59,091 nucleotides of DNA, from NCBI GenBank assembly GCA_002633005.1, contig NMRA01001079.1, positions 1 to 59,091 of the forward strand, given 5' to 3'. The notes beneath the pieces were generated by a model. It saw only the letters and a program-made list of their open reading frames with translations. It was not told the origin of the DNA and ran no database searches. Shown piece after piece: positions 50,361 through 59,091 of this stretch. How positions within the stretch are numbered: the stretch's first letter is position 1; each line of letters starts with the position of its first letter. This stretch comes from Phoronis australis. Taxonomy: Eukaryota > Animalia > Phoronida. A program made the translations under genes and the position numbers.

Positions 50361-52305
50361 GTAGGGATTATGACGGTCTGCACCATTTCAGTCATCCTGT
50401 TTATCAAGGCAATGAACGTCTTGCTGAAGAGAGCCCAGTCTGAGCGGAGAGGTCCCAAGCTAGACGAAGTCAGACAGCCATCTTGCAGAGCTTTTGTTCA
50501 TGACATTACGATTGTGACAGAGTCACCAGTGGGAGCCAGAACAATTCTTCGTTGCCTAGAAGAGCTCACTAAATGGGCACGTATGGCATTCAAGGCAGAG
50601 AAGTCCAGATCACTAATCATCAACAAAGACGTGTTGCTCAAGAGACGGACGTTTTCGATAGCAGGTTGCAGAATTCCAACAATATGTGAACAGCCAGTCA
50701 AGTGCCTGGACAAGTACTATGACAGCAGCCTACAAGACACATCCCGAGTTAAAGACGTGAAAGACCAGCTCAAGGTTTGGCTTGAGAAGATCGACAAAGA
50801 TGGAATACTCGGAAGGTTCAAGCTTTGGTGCTACCAGTTCGTCTTGCTCCCGAAGCTGATGTGGCCACTATTGATCTACGACGTCACGTCATCTTCGGCA
50901 CAGGAAATGGAAAGAGCAACGAGCCGGTTCATTCTAAGGTGGCTTGGTCTACCTGCATCATTCAGCAACGTCGGGCTGTACTGCAAGTCATCGAAACTTG
51001 TTCTACCGGTCTCGTCTGTGGTGGAGGAATATAAAGTTACCAAAGTGCAAGCAAGTATCACTCTGCGGAATACATCTGACCAGGCCATCAGTGGATGCAG
51101 CACCCAGTCACGCACCGACAGTAAGTGGTCCACCACGTCGGCGATCAGTGAGCAGAAAGCCGGCTGAGGCACAAGCAATTAATAAGAACAGCTTGCCAGG
51201 GTAGGCAAGGACTGGGCTACAAGACCGGGAAGCCAGCAAGGAAAAGATATAAATACCCAGACAGAGACAATTATAATCAGGGAAGTTAGATTGTCAGAGA
51301 ACGAAGAAATGTATGCCCGAGCAGTCCAGATGGGTCAGCAGGGGGCGTGGACAAAGAGGGACAAAGGCTTGCAAAGGAAATAAAGTGGGCGGATTTGAGG
51401 AAGATGTCTTCTTTGAAAGCAAAGTTCCTCATCAAATATGCTTATGATGTACTGCCTACTCCCAGCAACCTTGCTACTTCGGGTCTTACTGACAACCCGA
51501 GCTGTATTCAGTGTGGAGGCAGATGTTCTTAAGAACACATTCTGTCATCTTGCAGCGCGTCTTTGGCGTCCGGAAAGTACACCTACCGTCACAACCAGGT
51601 ATTGAAAGTCTTCGCAAGGGTGTTGGTCGATGAAGTCAAGAGTAAACCAAAGTCGAGAAGCCACCGGTTCGAATTCATCAATTTCAAAACAAGTAGCGAT
51701 GAGGCAAGTAAGGGGAAGACTCCAGCGCAAAGCGGCATCCTTCACACAGCCAACGACTAGAAAATGTGGGTTGATCTTGCCGGTCACCAGACATCCTTCC
51801 CACAGCACATTGTCCAGACTACACAGCGGCCTGACTTGGTCCTTTATTCGGACAGTTCCCACTAGATCATCCTGATCGAGCCCCCCCCCCCCTTTCCGTG
51901 GGGGAGTAAGGTAGAAGAGGCACATGAGCGGGAGAATCTGAAGTATACAGACCTGAAGAGTGACTGTCACGTTAACGGCTGGAGATGTTGGAGTTTTTCT
52001 GTGGAGGTTGGCTGCCGTGGTTTTACGGCCAGTTCAGTCACTACTATGGCGAGACCTCTAGGCGTCTCTGTGACAGGAAAGAAGGCTCTTCTACGCGATG
52101 TGGCTACCGAAGCTGAACAGGCATCTTGTTGGATTTGGATGAAGCACCAACAGCAATACCATCAACAACCGTCAGGCACAGCCTGATCAACTCTGTTGTC
52201 CCGCCTACTAGAGATGGTCTTGGTTTAGGGACGAAAACATTAAGGACAGTAGGAGACCAACTGAAGATGACGGTTGAGCACAGTTCCATCAAGTGTTTAG
52301 AGTAA
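50361..52305 (+). mobile_element. 5'-truncated, decayed HERO-type non-LTR retrotransposon, copy B (RT plus RLE)
   Basis: GIMTVCTISVILF..QPSCRAFVHD..WARMAFKAEKSRSL..PKLMWPLLIY (RT/thumb); YDVLPTPSNL..CIQCG, YTYRHNQVL, RPDLV and VEVGCRGF, with stops and frameshifts. Confidence 0.9.
52166..52276 (+). ncRNA. Structured 3' UTR RNA with hammerhead-like core motifs (copy B)
   Basis: Same helix map as 20263-20376 with different sequence; GUC, GAAA and CUGAAGA. Confidence 0.6.
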
Positions 52306-53159
52306 GTTGTACTTTCCCTGATAACAATACTGTTAATTTTTAATGTTGTGCTTGACGAATAAATGATTAGAAACAATACAATGTTTTCATAATGTTACTT
52401 TAAAGACACTGATAATCAACCAAGATATTCAGGCTCACCATTTCAGTTGCTGCACATATCTCATTTTTCTCTTGAATCCTTAGAAAATGTGTCACAAATG
52501 TCCGAATTTTGTCAGTCATAATGATCGTTTATCCAAATTTTGCCCAAAATCTGTAGCGACATAATTTCGAGAAATCCTACTGAATTTGAATCTTGCGAAG
52601 AGTTGGTAACAGTCAACCTTCTATAAATGTCGCATGAAACTCGAACGACAATTACATGACATTTTAAAACACTTGAAGTTGTGGATATATAGACCGGGAT
52701 CCCATAGCTTTTTGGGCATACGGGTATCCTCATGCTTGGAAATGGCCGTCATGATCTATCCTAGAATGCTGCCTGAGGCTGCAATGTCATTATTCCATTT
52801 GCTCACGTAGTAATTTACAAATCCAGTCTTCGACTAGGTTGCATTCCCAAGATTTGGACAAATGCCAGTGTAGTCATCATCCCTATTATCAGGAAAGAAT
52901 CTTTAGCAGGCCCGTAGCCGGGGGGGGGGGGGGGGGGTTGGNCCGGGGTTCAATCGAACTCCCCCTGCAGAAAAGGTCCAGCCCCAGCCTATCCGTTAAA
53001 GATAGGATATAGATGGACAACAACCATTGTTGCAGCTACATGTACTGGTACCACTAACTACAACAACTAAGTTACTAATTTGCTTCAAGCGCTTCACGTA
53101 ATCATCGCGCCGCACCCGGCGAACTTCGCCACAATGGTGCTTACATAGATTACAGGATG

Positions 53160-53701
53160 ATTACGACGGGCCTGATAGAATTCTGAGCCCTGGTCGGGAT
53201 AACAAGCGTATTGTCTGTTTAGAACTCAAAAAATCATACATGTAGGTCTAAACAACACAGTTCTGGGTTCTCCTGTCTGTATTTCACGGAAGAATACTTC
53301 GAATTTATCTCCGAACAGACCCCAAACTCCTGCTACTGACCTTGGTAAATTGGCCTGCCGAACTTTGTAGGCTACGGTCTGTCCAAATCAAAAATAAATC
53401 TGTAACAGCGAAATAAAACAACACTTTTTTGTAAGAACTCGGTGTATTTTTAAGGGTTTTACATCGAAGTTCGATTATTTATTGGTGTTAAACGATTAAT
53501 TCAAGCGATAACCTGACACCAGTAACCCGTGTTGTGAACTGCTGAGCAGACTGCGTGTGAAACCAATTACGTCATTGGATAAGTTCAACACCTCCGTCTG
53601 CCGTCAGGTGTCAGGTAACGCAACCGAACGTGCCGCTATCGAGTAGAACTACTCGATCTAAATTGATACCAAATGGGTTGTTTTTTGGGTGGCATACTCC
53701 T
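53160..53701 (-). mobile_element. Family X Kolobok-like end fragment
   Basis: Homologous to 27835-28340; ends GGGTGGCATACTCCT|TTAA. Confidence 0.85.
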
Positions 53702-55599
53702 TTAATTGGTCCAACTGGCACATTAAAATTATGTTAATTTTTTCGCCTTTTCACCGAGACCCACAGATTCTCTAACTTGACTCATGACAGACTTGTGGCC
53801 CTGTGGCTGTGATTGTGCCATGGCCGTACGTGTCACCAGTCATATTACCCATGGCCATGGGCATGGGTACGTTTTCCTAAAATTATCCCTGCGATCTTAC
53901 GGGTGACATTTTGATTTGGAATTCATGGACTGCAAGTATCCAAAAAGCTGGCGATCACATCGTACGTTCATCATAGTCCTTCCGCCGGCAGCCCGGCTGT
54001 ACAGTAGGCCTAGCCTATGTACACTGCAGACAACAGTGGCAACGGGACTGCGATCGACTTGTCTAACAACCGTGAACAGAACACACAAAATAAAAGCCAA
54101 TGTATCATATTATTGAATAACAGATAACCATTATCTTTCTGGATCCTTAGGAAACCTAAAAAATGACACGTCTGGGGTTTTCATGGAAGAATTCATGCAA
54201 TTTATCGCACTTCAAAATGCGTCCTTCCCCATTGTTTTGGCGCTTCCTGGCTAACAGTTGCTTAGTCACCACTTGGCGGCGCTAGTAGTAGCGGTAACAA
54301 CGAACTCGCAAGTGAACTCTCCTATTCTACTACACTCAGTTCCAATCACTGGCAATGGTGATTCTTGACTCTTATAACTACCGACTCATTCTCAAGCAGG
54401 GACAACATTACGGGCACGGGTCAGGGCTGAGGCGACCAACGGCAGTTTTAAATTTAAGAAAACTGGATGGGACTCTTTGACTTCTTGAAGACTGGCAGGG
54501 ACAGGATAGCCTCCTATAACTACTTTCGACCCGTGGTTCCGGTGGGTGAGGTTGAGGCGCAGCGGCCCTGAACTTTTCAGTCACGCTGCGATCATGACAT
54601 GGATTCGATGAATGTATCGTGGTTGATAATTCATTAATATTCCTACCTCATAGTCTTTTAAAAATGCAAATACGTTCTCTTTTTCTGTATTCGTAAGTCA
54701 CGCGGGCAATTTCGCATGCGCGTGAAATTTGGGCGTTGTTTTGAGAATAGGTACACCACTGAGGGCATCTAATACATGAGCGCAAGCAGGGAGCTCTGGA
54801 TGCTCGAAGGAGGAAAGTCGGCAAAAAGGTCCGCTCCAGAGATACAAAACTCCAAAAAAGTAGAAAACGAAACAAAAGTCCACTAAAAAGGAAGGGACTA
54901 CCAAAATTCTGCGAACTCGCAATTCATTGCTCTGAGCGAAACCGTGAATCTTAGTAAAAGGTACGCATTCTCAAAAATTTGAGCCTCCCATTTTTTAGGC
55001 TGGGTGCACGCATGTAATAACCGAAGTATTGTTTACTTTTGCATGTAAACGTATAAAATTACATCTGAGTCCGACATTTAGATATTTTCGCAGTAGTGGA
55101 CCTTCGGAGTAGAGAAAATTCGAAGTAGTGGACCTTTGGAATAGTGAACCTTCAGAGTACTGAACCTTCGGAATAGTAGGCTATCCCAACTTCCAGCGAT
55201 GTCAGCAACACGCAAAATACAACCAAACAAAAAAATTCAAGTCGTTCTCCAACTAAAAATTTCCGTCCGAGTATGTAGTGACGGAGGCGTAATAACTCAA
55301 TTAAGCACGCCTGATTTGGAAGCTTGGCAAGGGGTAACGCGAGAACGTTCTCTTTTTGGACCATTACATCCGAATTTGAGACCCGGCGCCCGTTCCAAGA
55401 AACTGACTTCATTTTTGACTTAAGTCTAAGATTTGTCTTAACTTCCAAACTTTGAAACATCCACATTCTGGTATTACGAATTGAGTCTCATCTAGGAAAC
55501 ATAGAGCTGACAATCATCGCTGTGCACCGGCCTATACAGATTTCCCTTCCCCCTTATTATTAAGCTGCATCAAAGGTCTTACCGAAAACTCTACATACA

Positions 55600-56500
55600 G
55601 AGTCGACGTTATATCAAAGGTTCGCCGTTCTAGAAATTCGAACCAACCCTCGCATAATGCTGGCTACGGGCCTGTTTAGGCCTATAACCTCAACGTCCTT
55701 CCACCTCAGAGGACTGGATATGCTCATTTTTGACGTACAGGAATTGCTTATTGACAGACTTCTGAACAATGAGAAAGCTTGTAAACCAGTTTTATCTCCA
55801 CACCATTTTACTGGTACACTGGAAAGGACGACTCTCAATAAGCAATTTACCCTCTGTGACTTCATTGACCTTGGAAATGCTTTCAGCAATATTAAGTAGC
55901 ACTAAACCACTCCAAACTGTAGAGGTATGTTATCACGCGATCATCAACATGCTCGGGAGCCTATGCGTGACAGCTTGTCTGGAAGGTGGCAGTGTGACGG
56001 TACGCACCACCAGCGACACACCTGATTATGGCGCTGCCTCACTCACCTTCTTCAACAAGGTTGTGGACCCTGTACTACGGCCGGGGAATTTCCAGATGAA
56101 ACGGGTTCAAATTGTAATATATCACGCCTATTCAGACGATATTGTTTTCATTGCGTCTGTTATTGATCCTGGCACGCTACCCTGGTCATAGAGCTACTTT
56201 CAAATACAGCATCCACTCCGAATCAGCCCGGCGCCTTAAAAATCATTGGCACAAAAACAAATGTGTTTGTGCTTTAAAAATTGCCCATCCGGCCTTTTGA
56301 TTCTGAACGGTAGCCGTATTTGTCTTGTAAAGTGGATGACTTGCTCGTTGCCTTTCCTTGGTTCTGCATATTAAGGAAAAGCCAAAACTACGCTGTTGAG
56401 GTGTAGCCGTGCTGTGGGTAAAATTTGGGACATGTCTTCCAGGAATATGCTCTGGGTCTACTCCGCCTTTATCTGACTTATGTCTGTTCTCAGACTAGCC
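55600..56500 (+). pseudogene. LINE reverse transcriptase remnant (I/Loa/Jockey-like)
   Basis: FRPITSTSFHLRGLDMLI, FTLCDFIDLGNAFSNI, TPDYGAASLTFFNKVVD (degenerate PQGG.LSP.L.N..VD) and AYSDDIV. Confidence 0.75.
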
Positions 56501-57189
56501 GCACAATCACTAAATTTTTTTACCTTTTATGGTGTTGTGAAGATAGAAGCATTATGCAACATCCCAACAAGAAATAATGCGAATGTTCGTTGTCGGGATT
56601 ATGATTGATAACGAAGGTTTCATCTCTCTTCAATCTTGATTAGAGCTGACGCAAGAAGCTACCATTTATTCTTCTGAGCTGCAACGAATCTAATCACCGG
56701 TTTATTTAATTTTAATAACTTATTGAGTCTAGTATTCATAGCCTCAGTTTTGGGTGTCTCATATGTAAAACCTGTCAATCACTTCAATGCTATGTCCGTC
56801 TTTGGTACTAGCATATCTTTTATGACCTCGACAGATCGACCTTGGTCGTCTTCAAGTTTTATTTTATGTTCATTTTTATTCAAAAGTAGACTTTTAATGA
56901 CAAAGTGCTCTTCATTGGCTGCCACATAGTTCCAGCTCCACGCACAAGTAATCGTCATTCCATGTGCGCTGAAGATGGTCTGAGAAATGACCGACCGATA
57001 CGTCGTAGAAATGTAAATAGGTTAGAAGTGGGCACACACAGCCGATTTCATAAAGGTGGTTTATCAAGAAATAAACCTGGTCTTCCTAAACCTGGTCTAA
57101 TTTTAGACTTAATTTGCATTTCACCAACGTGATTTATAAGTCTGGAAGCCTGGTTTTGTTAGACCAGGAAGTGGGATTAGTAAAACCTG

Positions 57190-57589
57190 GGCCCGGTCTC
57201 TAATCTTTGTACTCGAAACGAACTCGAAACTAATTTTTGGCAATTTCTCTGCTCCTTTTGTGCGAACTTAAGATAATTGGTTATCAGACTGTGCTCGAAT
57301 ACATTATAGTTTATGCATTGGAGCTTCTAGTTCAAGTTTGCCCTTAAGACCCTCATATTCGTGCTACAAACTCGAGTAAAAACTCGAAATTTCGAGTTCA
57401 AACTCGAACTTATTGCTTTAATATTGGGTTTACAAACTGTGAACTAAGGGCAATAAATTATCTACGTAAGTTATTGTATACTCGAGCATAGAATAATAGA
57501 CACTTATCTTGAGTTCGCCCAAAAGTAGAGTAAAAAATGCCACACCTAATTTCGAGTTCATTTCGAGTAAAAAGATTGGAGACCGGGCC
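57190..57589. mobile_element. Palindromic Harbinger-like MITE
   Basis: GGCCCGGTCTCTAATCTTT..ACTCGAAA / TTTCGAGT..AAAGATTGGAGACCGGGCC; flanks CTG and CAG. Confidence 0.85.
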
Positions 57590-58063
57590 CAGGTTTAAAG
57601 TATCTAAGCCACCCTGCTGCGTCGATCTGGATTAAATCAACAAAGAAACTATTGAAGTGCTTCATTGAAACCTTGATCACGTGAATATACAATGGCACAC
57701 ACTAGTAGAATCAGTGCAGACATTTGCAAAAAAAAGTCTAAAAGCTTTTCTCACGAAGACAATGTAATGTCTGCTTCCAAAACACGTACACACATTAAAG
57801 TACATGGTCACAATTAGCCGCAACATGAAAAATGTCCAAATTTATTTCCGTGCCATTTTAGTGTTTATTTTTCGCAGCCAAGAGGGGTGGGGACAAGACC
57901 CCATCCTGGAAACATTCAATCAGAGACCAACGGAGGTGGAACTCAGAAGAATCAGAAGATGGCGTCTTCAGTCAAATCTGTAACGCTTACGACGATGACA
58001 CCTGCTCGAAAGGTCGTATTCTGAGGAATCCGCAGAACATCATCCAGCACGTACTGGTCTACA

Positions 58064-58218
58064 CATAGGCGGATCCAAGGGGGTCAAGAGGTCAGGACCC
58101 CCTTTTTTCCTTGATTTTAGTGATATCAAATCTATAATTTTCAAATTTTTGACTTGATCCCCTTCTTTTAAAAAGTCCTTGACCCACCCCATCCCCCTTA
58201 ATTGTGGATCCGCCTCTG
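58064..58218. mobile_element. MITE with a 5-bp TSD (hAT5-like)
   Basis: TIRs CATAGGCGGATCC / GGATCCGCCTCTG; TSD CTACA at 58059-58063 and 58219-58223. Confidence 0.85.
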
Positions 58219-58757
58219 CTACATTTGATCTTGTGTCGCGGTAAAACTGAACATTGAAAATAGTCCATTTTCGCTCTAAAACTGCACACCGCGTCATCAT
58301 TCAGTTGCCCGTATATCATGCAATTCTGTCATATTTAACAATTAAACCTGGGTCTCACCAAGTCTAAAGTTAAACCTGGTTAAAAGATCTTAATGCAGGT
58401 CTAAAGAATATAGACCTCGTTGGTGAAAGGAAAACTGACTAAGATTAGGTCTAAACTGGAGTTAAACCAGATTTTACTAGACCACTGGTCTAAAAGTTGA
58501 GCCACCTTTATGAAATGCAGATTATCTTTAAACCTGGTCTGAGCCCAGTTTAAACCAGGTTTAACTTTGAAATCGGCTGACAGTGCCTATGGTGTTAACA
58601 GGGAATTTTAGAAATGGTGTAAAAAGTATTTTATTTGATATATTGACTGTGATTGGGAAGGTTATTATGATGTGCATCTATCAGCGTGTTATAAATAACA
58701 TAACGTAGTATTTCCGAAAACCAAACATAATCGTTCCAGTTTTGTAATGTACTGTAT

Positions 58758-59091
58758 CAGTGGCGGATCTAAGATTTCACAAGGGGGGGGGCAACATTTT
58801 GTACGGCTGTAAGCATTTACGCNCCCCCCCCCCCCTACGATTGTAGATGCGTATAGCACCGAATGGGAGGAGGTCGGGAGGGGGGTTTGCCCAGGAACCT
58901 TTTCTGTTTTTTCCTTTAAAAATCAAGAAGTATTATCCAAGAAAAAAGGCAAACAAGAAAAGGAGAACGTGTCAAACAGGAACAACTGTGTGTACCACAG
59001 ACTCGAAATCACGACCTGTCGGACAGAGCGCGCGTGCTTAATTAACCACTACACCACCACGATTTAACTACTAACATAGTGCTACGAGAAC
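58758..59091 (+). mobile_element. Family W copy, running off the window
   Basis: CAGTGGCGGATCTAAG start and tRNA-like cassette at about 59000-59060. Confidence 0.8.

Larger units (their letters stand above)
57039..58579. mobile_element. TIR element with a 3-bp TSD (Harbinger-like) hosting two nested MITEs
   Basis: TIRs CAGCCGATTTCA / TGAAATCGGCTG; TSD ACA; many AAACCTGGT subrepeats. Confidence 0.75.

Noticed and set aside
55092-55177. Four AGT(A)GTG(G/A)ACCTTCGGA-like repeats
   Set aside because: Short degenerate subterminal-type repeats with no consistent spacers; not CRISPR.

Overview
AT-rich animal (invertebrate-like) genomic DNA with five N-gaps, made up almost entirely of nested, decayed transposons. 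There is no prokaryotic operon, CRISPR array or rRNA. Recognisable remnants: a Polinton/Maverick block (packaging ATPase, two structural-type ORFs, integrase); Penelope-like pieces (GIY-YIG, RT, hammerhead-type motifs); two HERO-type RLE non-LTR retrotransposons; an I/Loa-like LINE RT; a Gypsy LTR-PBS-gag start; Academ and hAT transposase fragments; several TTAA-flanked Kolobok-like elements with THAP and P2X7-ballast-like remnants; and many MITEs. One possible small two-TM host gene lies at about 25.5 kb. The most notable signal is a covarying RNA fold in the 3' UTRs of the two divergent HERO elements. It contains the hammerhead core motifs (NUH, GAAA, CUGANGA) in a non-canonical, pseudoknotted strand order. 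All assignments come from reading the sequence by eye; no searches or folding programs were run.
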